DNA from: Naegleria gruberi
Lineage: Eukaryota
NCBI GenBank assembly: GCA_000004985.1
Contig: GG738846.1
Strand: one strand, 5' to 3'
DNA: 64,000 bases
Part shown: positions 1-11,384 of the stretch, piece after piece
Position numbering within the stretch: position 1 is the stretch's first letter
Layout: each line of letters begins with the position of its first letter
The notes under the pieces: model-generated
Database searches by the model: none
Told to the model about the DNA's origin: nothing
What the model saw: only the letters and a program-made list of their open reading frames with translations
Program-made: the position numbers and the translations under genes

Positions 1-1
1 A

Positions 2-1348
2 GTAATTATTTATGATATGAATCAACAACGTATTGATGCTTGGAATAGTGCCGAGTTGCCAATCTTTGAACCAGGCTTGGAAGAAATTGTCATGGAGAGA
101 AGAGGAAAGAATTTGCACTTTACCACTGATTATCAACAAGTTGTTGATTCCGATGTTATATTTCTTTCAGTGAATACTCCAACAAAGTATTATGGTGTTG
201 GTAAGGGAAGAGCAGCTGATTTGAAATATGTAGAATCTTGTGCAAGACAATTAAGGGATACTATTAAGAGTGGAAGAAAGATTATTGTGGAAAAATCAAC
301 AGTACCTACTCGTACTTCTATTGCAGTGAAGAGAATTTTGGAAAGTGGTGAAAGCAAGGCTCGTTTTGATATCTTGTCCAATCCGGAATTTCTTGCAGAG
401 GGTACTGCTATTAGTGATTTGCAAAATCCTGATAGAGTGTTGATTGGAGGTGAAGATGAAGAGTCCATTAGAGCTCTTTCATCTGTGTATGAAAGATGGG
501 TTCCAAAGGAGAGAGTTATTACTACTAATTTGTGGTCAAGTGAATTGAGTAAGCTTGTCGCTAATTGCATGTTGGCTCAAAGAATCTCTTCAATGAATGC
601 TATTTCTGCTCTCTGTGAAAAGACTGGTGCAGATATTCAACAAGTTTCCTTCGCAGTTGGAAAGGATACAAGAATTGGATCTAAATTCTTGCAAGCTAGT
701 GTTGGATTTGGAGGAAGTTGTTTCCAAAAGGATATTTTGAATTTGGTCTATTTGGCTGATCATTACAATTTACCAGAAGTTGCCAAATATTTCTATGGAA
801 TTATTGAAATTAACAATTTCCAAAGAGAAAGATTTGCTAAAAAGGTAATTCACAAATTGTTCAATACTGTCAGTGGTAAAAAGATTTGTGTTTTGGGATT
901 TGCCTTCAAGAAGGACACTTCTGACACTCGTGAAACTTCAAGCATTTTTGTTTGCAAATCATTGTTGGAAGAACGTGCTAAAATTCACATCTATGATCCA
1001 AAAGTTACCAAGAAACAAATCATGTATGACATGAAGAGTATTATGAACGATTGCTATGATGGAGATTTCAGTGCCAAGATGGAATCATCCAGAGAAAGTG
1101 AACTTGTCGAATCGAACATTTTTGTGTCAACAGATCCATATGAAGCCATGTCTGATGCTCATGCTATTTTGGTTCTTACAGAATGGGATGAATTCAAGCA
1201 ATATGATTACAAACGAGTATTCGAAGGTATGAAGAAGCCAGCTTACTTGTTCGATGGTAGAAATATTTTGAACAGAAAAGATTTGGAAACTATTGGTTTT
1301 GATGTTTATCAAATCGGAAAACAAGAATCACATATGGCTGATTGGTAA
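2..1348 (+). CDS. UGDH: UDP-glucose 6-dehydrogenase (5' end of gene lies upstream of window; the track's M at 17 is internal)
   Basis: Collinear with animal/plant UGDH from about residue 38: ...NAWNS..LPI(F/Y)EPGL, SVNTPTK..G.GKGRAADLKY, SNPEFLAEGTAI, GGSCFQKD, GFAFKKDT.DTRE. Frame stays open back to nt 2 (VIIYDMNQQRIDAWNS matches VTVVDVNESRINAWNS). Stop TAA at 1346-1348. No intron in the covered part. Confidence 0.9.
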   Translation, partial: VIIYDMNQQRIDAWNSAELPIFEPGLEEIVMERRGKNLHFTTDYQQVVDSDVIFLSVNTPTKYYGVGKGRAADLKYVESCARQLRDTIKSGRKIIVEKSTVPTRTSIAVKRILESGESKARFDILSNPEFLAEGTAISDLQNPDRVLIGGEDEESIRALSSVYERWVPKERVITTNLWSSELSKLVANCMLAQRISSMNAISALCEKTGADIQQVSFAVGKDTRIGSKFLQASVGFGGSCFQKDILNLVYLADHYNLPEVAKYFYGIIEINNFQRERFAKKVIHKLFNTVSGKKICVLGFAFKKDTSDTRETSSIFVCKSLLEERAKIHIYDPKVTKKQIMYDMKSIMNDCYDGDFSAKMESSRESELVESNIFVSTDPYEAMSDAHAILVLTEWDEFKQYDYKRVFEGMKKPAYLFDGRNILNRKDLETIGFDVYQIGKQESHMADW

Positions 1349-1479
1349 ATTGGGTTTACTAGTAATAAATTAGTTATTATCGCACCAAATATTAATCCTA
1401 ATCATTAGCTTAATTGAAGAAATAATTTCTGAATCAGAGCTGTATACCTTAATACAAACTAAGGAATATTATATTCCAA

Positions 1480-1552
1480 GCAGCGATAGATCAGTTGGTT
1501 AGATCGTAAGCCTAACACGCTTAAGGTCGCGGGTTCAAGCCCCGCTCGCTGT
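1480..1552 (+). tRNA. tRNA-Val (anticodon AAC)
   Basis: Hand-folded cloverleaf: acceptor GCAGCGA/TCGCTGT (G1-U72 wobble), D-arm GATC-AGTTGGTTA-GATC, anticodon stem TAAGC/GCTTA with loop CTAACAC (AAC), variable loop AGGTC, T-arm GCGGG-TTCAAGC-CCCGC, discriminator A. No intron, CCA not encoded (eukaryotic type). Confidence 0.8.
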
Positions 1553-1800
1553 AGCCTTTTGCTTGTCTTATCTTTATATACAGCCTTACTTTACTCCATC
1601 CTTTATTCATTTGCTGTAACCATTTGTCTCATGAAACAACATTATTTCCTTATGGTTATTTGCATTAAGCTGAATTTAGTTTTGATTAAATGTAATATGA
1701 TTGTAAATCAATTCATCAGCGAATGAACAGATGTCAACTTAAGAATATTCCATGTACTAAATTCAATATTAATTAACTAGGGAATTTATTTACAAATAAT

Positions 1801-2970
1801 TTAAATTTCTTCTTCGTCACTATCATCACTATCACTGTCATCAGAATCTTCATCAGCAGTAAATGGGAATCTCAGAATAGCAGCAATACCTGTCATATTA
1901 TTGAGCTGAACACCGGCAACGTGCATGGCAGAACACATAAAGACCTTACCATTGGTCTTTTCAACATTTTCACATAATCTCACAAATGCTGTTCTTTCCT
2001 TGAGACCACTAGATCTAAATAATTCATCAGTAATCAACAATGTGTCAATAGCATCATGCTCAGCAGCTTTCATGACATGTTTAGGACCATAGACAGCCTT
2101 ATTTGGATCATTAGCCAAGACAGTGTAAAATTCCTCCAAGGCCTTAACTTCCTTGACAGCCTTTGTATCAGCCAATCTCTTCATGACAGATTCATCTTGT
2201 AAGACTTCTTTCAATGAGTGCAAGTGTCCTGTATTGGAGTGAACACGAACAAATTTATCCTTGTGAGCCAGTAATTCCTTATTTTCCTTTTGTTGACATG
2301 TCTTGACCATATATTCAAAAAATTGTTCATTAGTAAAACCAGGAGAGGCCAACAAGACACATTTCACAATTTCAAAATCAAAATGTTGTTGAATACCTCT
2401 CATAATGGCCTCAAAGAATTTACCCAAATCATTTTCGTGAGCTTCAGCAGAATATCTCTTCTTTGAAATACTCTTTTCAACTTTTTGTTTTTCCAATGTC
2501 ATATGTTGAGAAATGATACAAATATGGGCCTTTCCTTCACTCATAATTACGGCACCCAAATCAGCATTCTTAGTCATGTCTGTAGCTTCTTCAATTCGAT
2601 CCAAAAATACTTGATCCCATCTTCCTTTAGAAATAGACAATTTTCTATTCAATTCCAAATCAAATGTGTGATATTGACCAAGTTTAATGTACTTGTTTTC
2701 AGAAATGTTTTTTCCTGAAACACGGAAAGATCCACCATTCGGATCAAAGTCAATCTTTTCTACGGCAATAGTTATTGTAATTTTGACTTTTTCATTGGAG
2801 ACGAGACCAGTGTTAGTTTCCTTTGAAACTTTACGAATGGTGGTTGCTCTCACTCTATCGTTGATAGCAATAATATGATACATGTGCCAGAAATCTTCAT
2901 CAATTTCCGGTATTAATTCAACGTAGCCTTCTCCGTCCTTTGCCGCAATATCTTTCTTTACTAATTTCAT
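1801..2970 (-). CDS. Pelota/Dom34 (eRF1-like no-go/non-stop decay factor)
   Basis: 389-aa single exon. Collinear with Pelota from MKLV.K....G.V.L.PEE.ED.WH.Y to the C-terminal acidic Ser/Asp tail (ILRFP...SDDSDSDD). ATG at 2968-2970, stop at 1801-1803. Confidence 0.9.
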   Translation of the reverse strand: MKLVKKDIAAKDGEGYVELIPEIDEDFWHMYHIIAINDRVRATTIRKVSKETNTGLVSNEKVKITITIAVEKIDFDPNGGSFRVSGKNISENKYIKLGQYHTFDLELNRKLSISKGRWDQVFLDRIEEATDMTKNADLGAVIMSEGKAHICIISQHMTLEKQKVEKSISKKRYSAEAHENDLGKFFEAIMRGIQQHFDFEIVKCVLLASPGFTNEQFFEYMVKTCQQKENKELLAHKDKFVRVHSNTGHLHSLKEVLQDESVMKRLADTKAVKEVKALEEFYTVLANDPNKAVYGPKHVMKAAEHDAIDTLLITDELFRSSGLKERTAFVRLCENVEKTNGKVFMCSAMHVAGVQLNNMTGIAAILRFPFTADEDSDDSDSDDSDEEEI

Positions 2971-3251
2971 ATTGTTTGGTGATGATGATGATAATTTATA
3001 ATGTTATTTTATAATACTAAACGGTTTTAATGTTCTTGTTGATTGTGTGTAGATGCAATATTCTTAACTCCAAAACGTTCAAAATTCAATTCGAATTATG
3101 ATGAGAATAAAATTGTTCCTTGTTGCTGTGATGATATTTTTTAATATTTGAATTTAAATTTTTAAAAATAGAAAAAGTTTCAACTCAACTTTGAACTTTT
3201 TTCTATTTTAACTTTAGGACATGAATTAAACTCGTGTTATAAATAAGGAAT

Positions 3252-5475
3252 TTATTTAACAATTTCAATAATATTAGTTACTGGCATCAATCTGAATGAA
3301 GAGGAATTCATTGGGGATGGCCACACTGCTTCATTCTTTTGAAGATATCCTTGGAGGAATGATAATTTAGGTAATGCTTTGGTGAAGGTCGATAGAATTG
3401 GATTAGTAATCGAGGCGAGATAGGTTCTTTGGAATACCCTTTGGAGTGACCTAGATCTGTCTCCATAAACTGATGGTTGGTACCCCATTTTCTTTTCTGT
3501 ATCACCTTGAATAAAGAATTCCTCTTCCAAAAGTCCAGCCCATTTCAAATATTGATTTGTTTCTCTGAAAGTATACGAAATATCAGCTACCTTGACTACC
3601 ATTTGTAACATTAACCTCGAATCTTCTAGAGATGAAAAATCGGCCTCATCAGGATCATTACCAAGCTTGGTTCTAAATCTGTTCAAAGTGAAAGAGTGAC
3701 TGCTCATATCAGTAGCCAAAACAATCTGAATTATTGTTTCTCTTATATCCTGATATTGATCCTCAGAGAGGCCTTTGAATATATTATTTTCTTCAGAATA
3801 GAGTAGTTCAAAAGCTCCTGTAAGGTGGTGATTCTCTAGCACTGATCTGTTATTGTACAGTATTGATAAATAGCTATTAGTATTCATTTGGAAAGTGTTG
3901 TTGAAACCTGGATGATTAAAATCAAGTATTATGGCTGCTATTAAAGCTGCAAAAATTGACTCGTCCGATAACATGTATTCCAGGTCACTATTGTGGATAA
4001 AAAAGTTGACTGCTTGTAGAACCTCTACAGCTCTTCTTGAATTGTGGAAAGGATTGTTGTTATAACCAAACTCTACTTGATTTAAAAAATTGATTAGTGT
4101 TTGTTCTGGAATATCAAATTTTCTCATCAAATCATTTTCAAGGAAAATGTAGAAACCAACGGAAACCATTGGTTTTTCTGGAATCTCAAATACATCAAAC
4201 TCCCACAATGACATTTTCATCAGTGCAGATTTCAAATTAATTTGAGGATCCCAACTAGGTGTGTTCGATTTTGGTTGCTCCTTGTTTCTATTCCTGTAAG
4301 CTGTCTTTACAGTTTCCAATGTATCTTTCACTATTTCATACACCACGGTCTTCTTTTCAAGCTTACCACAAGTAAGCGCTCTCACAACACAATTAAATGC
4401 ATCGACATCGAGGTAAGAAATTTGTTTTTCCTTGATAAGGCTCTTCTTTTTGGAAAGTAGTTTAGAAATGGCCTCAAGTACTGTCATTGGTGTTTCAATG
4501 ACTGGTAATGGCTTTCTACCAATCACTGGTTTCAAAACGAGAACTGGGGTTGGAGGTGGAAGGGAATGATGTGATTTCTTGGATTCTAACATTGAAATTT
4601 GGGAGGATGAAATGATGAGAGGAGGTGGTTCATCAACTCTAAAATAAAGAATGATCAGAAGAATTGAGTAAATAGAGGACAAACTTACGCCATTGAGACA
4701 TCCTTCACTGGCATAACCACAGTGACAGGAGTTGGGGATGGTATCTTTTTCTTTTCATCTTCTTCGTAACATTTTTTACAATATTCAAGGAAGGCCAATT
4801 TCTCCTCTAATTTTTTACATCTTTTTTCCAACTTTCTTAATTCATCATGTTCAGATTCCTCAAAATTATTAAAATAAAAGTCTGCCAATGGAACCAAAAA
4901 TGATTCAAATACTTTCTCATAAAAAGTATCCATAAGTGGTTTCATCCTAAATCCTAGCTCAGTTCTTATTTTGTTGATGTTCAGTTCGACCATTAATTTT
5001 CCATTCTGTTGTGTTTCATCCAAGGTGAAATTAACTTTCTTTTTCTCAATGGCCTTTTGGAATGCTCGGAAAATCTTGACCATCGATACTTTTCCAACTT
5101 TGACTTTAACACTCAATATTTTCCTCTTTATAATATTCTCAGTTAGAGAAATTCGAGCATACTCCACAAACTTACCAAATCCTCAAATTCATAACAATTT
5201 ACAATCTTCTCAAAACAAACTTCTCCATCAACAGCAATAACAACAAGATCCTTTTCCCTCTTAATACATGAAATATAAAAATCGGTAGTATTATTTTCCT
5301 TGTCCGTAAATCGACAGAATCCAAACATTAAATCCAAGCCATTCAACTCTTCCTCAAATACTATCGGAACCTTAGCATCATAAACAACTTCCTTAGGAGC
5401 TTCCGCTGGCTTACTTGCATCAAGTGGTTTTGCCTCCTTCGGTTCTTTTGATGTAACAACGCCCATATTTTTCAA
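3252..5475 (-). CDS. class I 3',5'-cyclic-nucleotide phosphodiesterase-like protein, 3 exons: join(5475..5176, 5125..4689, 4638..3252)
   Basis: C-terminal PDEase_I catalytic fold: NPFHNSRRAVEV (YHNxxHAADV region), LDFNHPG (HDxDHPG region), ENHH, LATDMSSH. Intron 1: donor TTG|GTAAGT at 5175, acceptor at ...ataaAG|AGG (or 12 nt earlier at ctgAG|AAT), 50 or 38 nt, with branch-like CTAAC. Intron 2: GC|GTAAGT...ttattttAG|A, 50 nt (4688..4639). Start ATG 5473-5475. Confidence 0.75.
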
Positions 5476-5776
5476 TCAATGATGATGTGTCTGCTGTCCT
5501 CAACTTCCTCAATAAATTACTTTTCAATGAGTACACTTTAACTGACAACAGTTGGTGCGTGATTTTTTTTAGATTTGAAAAAACGAAAGAAATGTACGGT
5601 TTTGGCGGGAAGCTTCATTCTTTGAACTTTGTTGAAAACATAAAGATCAAGTTCAGCCAATGGACCAATGATGTGAATGAAAATGAAACCTTTTTATCCA
5701 AACATATTCAATCCAAAAACCATTCAGAATTATATTGAAATAATAATTGATAAGCTGGTTGACAATTTTCAAAAAA

Positions 5777-6321
5777 ATGTCTGTTGGAAATCTTTTTCGA
5801 TTATCGGCTCCAAGCAATAGTAGCAGCAATGATGGAGAGAATAGTGTGATCGGAGTGGAATTTTATGTGGAATCTAATAGTGAAAATATTTCTGTTAATA
5901 ATTATCTCGTTATAGGAAAAGGAGATGATTCAATTGATGAAAAACAATTTTACACCATCAATGGTGATGGAATTTCACATAAACATGTATGTGTTCTATT
6001 GAGTAGTGTTTGTTGTGTTTACACATAATTGGAATTCTTTGTGAATTTTGTGTTATTAGTGTTCGATAATTTATGACAATTCTAGGGATGTATATATTTT
6101 AGTAAATCACAGCAAGGTAAGTGTGTGATGACATTCAAAAGATCTGATTAATGGAACTGTTTATATCCTTCAATATTTGGAAACAACAGAATGGAACATG
6201 GGCTAAAGGAGGACTTCAGAAAGTACAATTTGAACCATACCAACTAGGAGATGAAGAAAATATATTTTTATGTAGAAAGAATGTAAGAAGTGGATTTCTC
6301 TTTAAAAGAACAAGACAATAA
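5777..6321 (+). CDS. hypothetical small protein, tentative 2-exon model join(5777..5986, 6190..6321)
   Basis: ATG after an A7 run at 5777. Donor CAT|GTATGT at 5987. Acceptor acagAATGG at 6189/6190 restores an open frame to TAA 6319-6321. A strong GTAAGT at 6117 lies inside the proposed 203-nt intron, so the middle is uncertain. No recognisable domain. Confidence 0.3.
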
Positions 6322-6557
6322 TCATTGTTTTAAATAAAACCACTAGATTTGCCCTGTTTAATTGACCTTGATAATTAAATATGATCAATGTGTTTTTACA
6401 TTGAAAAGTTTATTTAAAGTTCCTCAACAATATCCAATTAATAGTGAATTATATTGAGCTAGTCTACACTAAAATTATTTACAAATTCGAAAAATAATTA
6501 GAAGGGGATATATACATGAAACTGGTGGGAATGTAGGCTAGGTACTATTACAAAAGC

Positions 6558-7442
6558 TTAGTAATTGAGAATGCGGGAGGTTGGTGGAGAAAAACTTAAA
6601 AGACCCATTTCAGCTCCAAAATATCCATCCTCTACTTTAGAATGGCAGGAGCTTCTATGGTATTCGACTTCATCTGGAAAACGGCCATTGTCCTTAGGTC
6701 TTGTTCTCAATTCAATAAGGAATGAAATGTCTTCCTGAGTAACAAAGTTTCTTCTCTTTCGTTGATCGTTTCGTAAAGAGTGAAAATCTTCATCGTCATA
6801 ACCAAAAGTACTTGGTACACTTCTTGGTTGGTCTTGTTCATCATACGAGTCCTCAAGGATGACATCATCAGTAAAGTTTAACTCATCATCGATGAGTAAA
6901 GACTCGTTAATATCTAGTTCAATTGTTGGTGGTGAAAATGTACGTGTTGGAAAAGGTGAGTGGGAAATAAAAGGGGAGAATGGAGAAATTGGAAGATCAT
7001 ATGGCTTTTCTTCTTGCTTGTTATCAGCTGGTTGTGGAGATTGTGGAAGTGAATCATCTCTTGATGCTGATAAAGGATGAGAAAAAAGAATTTTGTGAAG
7101 TTCTTCGTTGGCTAATCTTTCTGGTGTTCCAGATATGATGTTTGGTGAAGAACCATTTTCAACAATATTCTTAAATTGTCCTCCTAAAACATCAACAGGC
7201 GATGTTGGAGAAGTATCAAGAGAAGGAGATGAAAAGTTGGATTTTGGAGGATTGGTTTTCAAATTGCTAGAAGGTTTACAGAATGCCGGTGATGCTTTAA
7301 CAGGTTTTGGTGTAATAATTTGTTTTGGTCCAACAGAATTATTATTAGTCGCATAGGATGACAATAACCGTGTAGTATTTGTCAGACAAGGAGATGAATT
7401 ATAATGATGAAGACTCCTTTGTAAATAATTAGAAGACGACAT
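6558..7442 (-). CDS. hypothetical Ser/Pro/Asn-rich protein (294 aa)
   Basis: Long ORF with genuine ATG (7440-7442). Low-complexity S/P-rich composition typical of this genome. No domain recognised. Confidence 0.45.
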   Translation of the reverse strand: MSSSNYLQRSLHHYNSSPCLTNTTRLLSSYATNNNSVGPKQIITPKPVKASPAFCKPSSNLKTNPPKSNFSSPSLDTSPTSPVDVLGGQFKNIVENGSSPNIISGTPERLANEELHKILFSHPLSASRDDSLPQSPQPADNKQEEKPYDLPISPFSPFISHSPFPTRTFSPPTIELDINESLLIDDELNFTDDVILEDSYDEQDQPRSVPSTFGYDDEDFHSLRNDQRKRRNFVTQEDISFLIELRTRPKDNGRFPDEVEYHRSSCHSKVEDGYFGAEMGLLSFSPPTSRILNY

Positions 7443-9040
7443 GGTACAAAATTTCCAATCGGTTGTGTTGGGTTAAAGAATACAATATCTACAAAATGAC
7501 AATAAACCTATTGTTGTGAGGAGTTGTGAGGTTGTGTGTGTAGTATCTAACTACTGGTACTATAGTACAAGGTATTGTTGTTTGTCCAATATATATTTGA
7601 TAGGCGCAATTCTCGCCACTCTATATTATCTGAATGAACAACAACAATAATTTAAACCAGAGTTTTCCACCAAGTGTAACGGTGCAGATTTTTTTGGATC
7701 CGAAGAATAAAATTAGACTCGTCAGGTGCAGGGAAAAATAAGCGCGAAACAATTTGCCAATTTTTAATTCAACGTCGCCTTCCAAAAAACGTTTTTCTTC
7801 TTTTCGCGTGTAGCACAACTAGGTGATGATCTGAAGATCAAAATGATGAATGAATGTGCACGTTAATTTAGATGCAATATTGATTGGGAAAGAAGAAAAC
7901 AACAAGGGTTAGGCTAGAGTTTCTTTTTTAAACTATTTTCGGGTTGAGTTATTTTCCTAGGACAGAGATCTCCCTTCATTGTCAATTAAAACAATAACAA
8001 ACTTTCAACCCTTGTTGTTTAGTGCATCATTGAGGAGGATTCTCTCTATTGAACAATAGTATGGGTTATGAGAGATTCAACTAAGGCACAATAACACCTT
8101 TTAAACACTTATTGTTACTCAATTATGTTAGACAACCAGTAAACAATTCAAAGAGATATTGGGTCCTTAATTACAATCAACATAAAAAGATGTTAACTGT
8201 GAATTACGACAAAAAATGCAAAATCAACCAACATTCGTATTTATTTGGAAAGTCGTTTTTGGTGATTCTTAGTTCCCTTAACGGAAGGCAAATAATTCTT
8301 ACCAAATGCATAAATTGGCGGATCAACAAGCAAGTTCATTTACTTGTTGACGCGCAGCTATATATGGAGCCAATTATTGTAATAAGCTGTAGTAATATAT
8401 TCAATTTAATCGTACTGTAATTCAATCATTTTTGAATCTTAAAATTTCACATTGTATAAATTGTACAAATGTAACAAAATGAACCACTTATTAGAATCAT
8501 TTCAATTGGTTCATTGAAGAGTTATCAGATAATGGTTGTCGACAAGTAGTAGTGGTTGGACGGGTATGACACCTTGAGGATGCTTATGGTAATTGGGAGT
8601 TTTGATATTATTCATTTATATTTATACTGGATGGATTTCTATGGATTGATCAAACGTTTTATAGTAGCATTGCCTGATCTGAACCTTGTTGTAATGATAA
8701 AGAAACTCATTTGACCTTTTTTGTTGTTGTATGAAATTTTTACAATATTTATTACAAAATTAGTTTCCTAAACAGTTCAATCAACATTTCATGGATTATC
8801 TCTGGGAGATTGGAAACTCAGTTGTTTATGATAAAGTTCAATTAGGCCTATGTATCAAGTTCAATTTCATATATATTTGATAGTATCCATTCAACAATAA
8901 TTTGCTTCAAGGATAGAGAATAACAAATTCTGTATGAAAGTCAACCAAATATCAATTTTAAATTTTCAGAAGTAAAGAAAATCAATTTCACAACTTGAAA
9001 ACAAAATATTAAAATTGAATTTTAAAATTTCCAAAAAAAA

Positions 9041-10258
9041 ATGATAAATCATCAAATTGCAACCTCATCAATCATTAAACAATTAATTACGAAAAATTCC
9101 AAGTCATCTATTAATCTCCTCTTCAAGAATGGTAAAATAGTTACGGATTTTGATGTTTCCACCAATTCTACAGATTTTTTGAAACAATTTCCGAGAGGAG
9201 CCTACACGGCAATGAGAACTTTGCATCGACACTCGGTTTTTCAATTAAAGTTTCATGTCCATCGTTTGATTTATACAACCATGAAGATGATCAATGATGA
9301 ACATTTGGAAATTAATACAAATTCACCAAAATCCGAATCACTAATTGAAGAATGTTCCATAGGAATGTATCCATTATCTTTGTTGTCAAGTGTAGAGAAA
9401 TCGAATAACAATGAAAAACATGAATTGTTTTTGGAAGAAGTTGTTAAAACTCTTGGACAAAGTATTGCGGAATATTCAATCAATGTTGATGATGAACATC
9501 CAAATGAATGTGATCAATTATCAGTGGAAGAATTAAAAGTGACTCTCTTACTCGTTTGGTATCATCAAAGAAAGAGCTCATCTGAAATTTCTACATCCTT
9601 TGATCTCTATTCACACATTACAAAGCTGGGTGAGAGACCTTCCAAACCAGTCTTTGTAGATATAGTTCCAGGAAGTAGATGCCATCTTGGAAATGCAAAG
9701 GATAGTATTTGGATTACTGAAAGAAACTCAATGTTAAATAAGAAAACTCAATCATCCAATGAAGTGTTAATGTGTGAAGAGAGTGGAATTGTCAGAGAGG
9801 GAACTAGCTCTAATTTCTTTATTATTAACAGGGATGGAAAGGTTGTCACTGCTAGAGATGGAATTTTATTTGGAAGTGTTCGAGGATTGTTAATTCCAAC
9901 TCAAGATCAAGCTCAATCCATTCTCAAAAATTCCACAGAAGAAGAATCATGTGAAACAGTTCTTAAAAGTAGTGAATACACAGAAGATAATCCAACCATT
10001 AGAGATTTATTAAATTGGAAGGAGGCATTCATAACCAGTACCTCTCGTCTCGTTCTTCCAATCAAGACCATTAATATTGCCAAGGAGTGTATCGATAACA
10101 TATTGACAAGAGAAGAGATTGAACAAGTGAAACCACATCTCAAAGAGCTCAATTCTTACTATTATTCATACGAACTTGAAAGTGTAGATCAATGTATTCA
10201 TCTTAATCAATTACTTGTAAATAAGATGCAATCAATGAGCATTCGTGTGGTTAACTAA
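9041..10258 (+). CDS. aminotransferase class IV-like protein (branched-chain/D-amino-acid aminotransferase or ADC lyase fold)
   Basis: A9 run then ATG. C-terminal half has fold-type IV signature E-x3-SNFF-x10-T-x5-GIL-x-G-x-VRG (EGTSSNFFIINRDGKVVTARDGILFGSVRGLLI). N-terminal 150 aa not assignable. Confidence 0.55.
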   Translation: MINHQIATSSIIKQLITKNSKSSINLLFKNGKIVTDFDVSTNSTDFLKQFPRGAYTAMRTLHRHSVFQLKFHVHRLIYTTMKMINDEHLEINTNSPKSESLIEECSIGMYPLSLLSSVEKSNNNEKHELFLEEVVKTLGQSIAEYSINVDDEHPNECDQLSVEELKVTLLLVWYHQRKSSSEISTSFDLYSHITKLGERPSKPVFVDIVPGSRCHLGNAKDSIWITERNSMLNKKTQSSNEVLMCEESGIVREGTSSNFFIINRDGKVVTARDGILFGSVRGLLIPTQDQAQSILKNSTEEESCETVLKSSEYTEDNPTIRDLLNWKEAFITSTSRLVLPIKTINIAKECIDNILTREEIEQVKPHLKELNSYYYSYELESVDQCIHLNQLLVNKMQSMSIRVVN

Positions 10259-10420
10259 TCTGTAATAAAAGCCTCAACAGCTTGTTTTAGCGAGTATAGC
10301 TTTTATCTGAAGATTAAAATATGAAATATTGGGGGATTTTCAAAATATTCATCTCAATAATACTTATTATTATTTATTCAATTATTTTCAATCAATTAAT
10401 TTTCTAATTTTAATAAAAAA

Positions 10421-10636
10421 ATGGAACAACGAACACAAATTAATGGCGTCACTCAAATTTGTGATGCAACAGCTGTTCGGGAATGTTTCAAACAAAATCC
10501 AACCAATAGACAAGAAAAATGTAAAGATGTAATTGAACAATTTAAAATTGCTTGTGAAGAAAAAGCAAAGGAATTTAGGGATAGAATTGATAACAGTCCA
10601 ACAGAAAAGAATTCTTGTGGAGATTACAAAGTGTAA
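10421..10636 (+). CDS. hypothetical small Cys-containing protein (71 aa)
   Basis: ATG after A-run. Four Cys in two pairs (C-x7-C, C-x10-C). Could be part of a spliced gene, since adjacent ORFs sit in other frames. Weak. Confidence 0.25.
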   Translation: MEQRTQINGVTQICDATAVRECFKQNPTNRQEKCKDVIEQFKIACEEKAKEFRDRIDNSPTEKNSCGDYKV

Positions 10637-10848
10637 TCATCATCTATGGAAAAATCAACGAGTGTGGATAAAAATTAGTAATATAATACCAATAATAATA
10701 ATAATTAATAATATATTAATTTCAAAAAAAGATAACATTAAACTGAAAAAACTCCGATAAAGTAGAACATTATATTCGGAATCTATAATAAATAACACGC
10801 AATTAATAGCAGCTCAATCCAAGAAAATAATCAAAACAAATTGCAATA

Positions 10849-11199
10849 CTAATTATCCCATCCTTGTTTTTCCTCATCACGATATCTTTGACTTTCTCTT
10901 TCCAATTCCTCCTTTCTAATTCTTTCCAAGTCCTCAGGCGAAAGCCTATCATCAGCATATAATTTTCTATGAGTCTCAACTTGAGCACGAATATTATCAA
11001 TGTGTGTCAATGCAAGTCGGAATGCATCTTCTAATTCTTGTGGAGGTACATCCTTTCGGAACATGGTCGAGGCCTTTTGTTTGACAAAGGTACGTTGTAT
11101 TTCCTTTGGGAATTTATTTCCTTCCTTGAGTACTGTTCTATAGAGTGAAAGAATCCCCTTTTTACTTGTATCAAAGATGAGGGTGGATGATGAAAACAT
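10849..11199 (-). CDS. LYR-motif (Complex1_LYR/LYRM family) protein, 116 aa
   Basis: Start moved to first real ATG (11197-11199; the track's start is TTG). Motif ILSLYRTVLKEGNKFP...F/K is the LYR signature of mitochondrial LYRM adaptor proteins. Confidence 0.55.
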   Translation of the reverse strand: MFSSSTLIFDTSKKGILSLYRTVLKEGNKFPKEIQRTFVKQKASTMFRKDVPPQELEDAFRLALTHIDNIRAQVETHRKLYADDRLSPEDLERIRKEELERESQRYRDEEKQGWDN

Positions 11200-11384
11200 T
11201 TTTTTGAATTTAAATTTTATTATTCGCTTCGTCAAATTAATCCTGAAACAGCATTAATTTCTCAATTTTTTGGTGATCAAGTATTGTTATTGTTCAATTC
11301 ACACTTTTATTTAAAATAAAGTAAATAATCAAAATTATTAAAGTGCATGGTAGCAATAAGATTCTGAAAAAAAAAATCCTTAAT

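Noticed and set aside
190-2878. Antisense or overlapping small ORFs inside UGDH and Pelota (190..570, 1127..1324, 2485..2718, 2687..2878)
   Set aside because: They are fully contained within strongly supported homologous CDSs on the other strand and show no independent signal.
5487-6028. Track ORFs 5487..5738 and 5747..6028 as independent genes
   Set aside because: 5487..5738 has no ATG context or homology. 5747..6028 starts at a non-ATG and is better explained as exon 1 (from ATG 5777) of a small spliced gene, at low confidence.
7780-7860. C box/D box-like strings suggesting a C/D snoRNA
   Set aside because: The boxes are adjacent rather than terminal, and no terminal stem or guide region could be found. 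It is kept only as a low-interest note.
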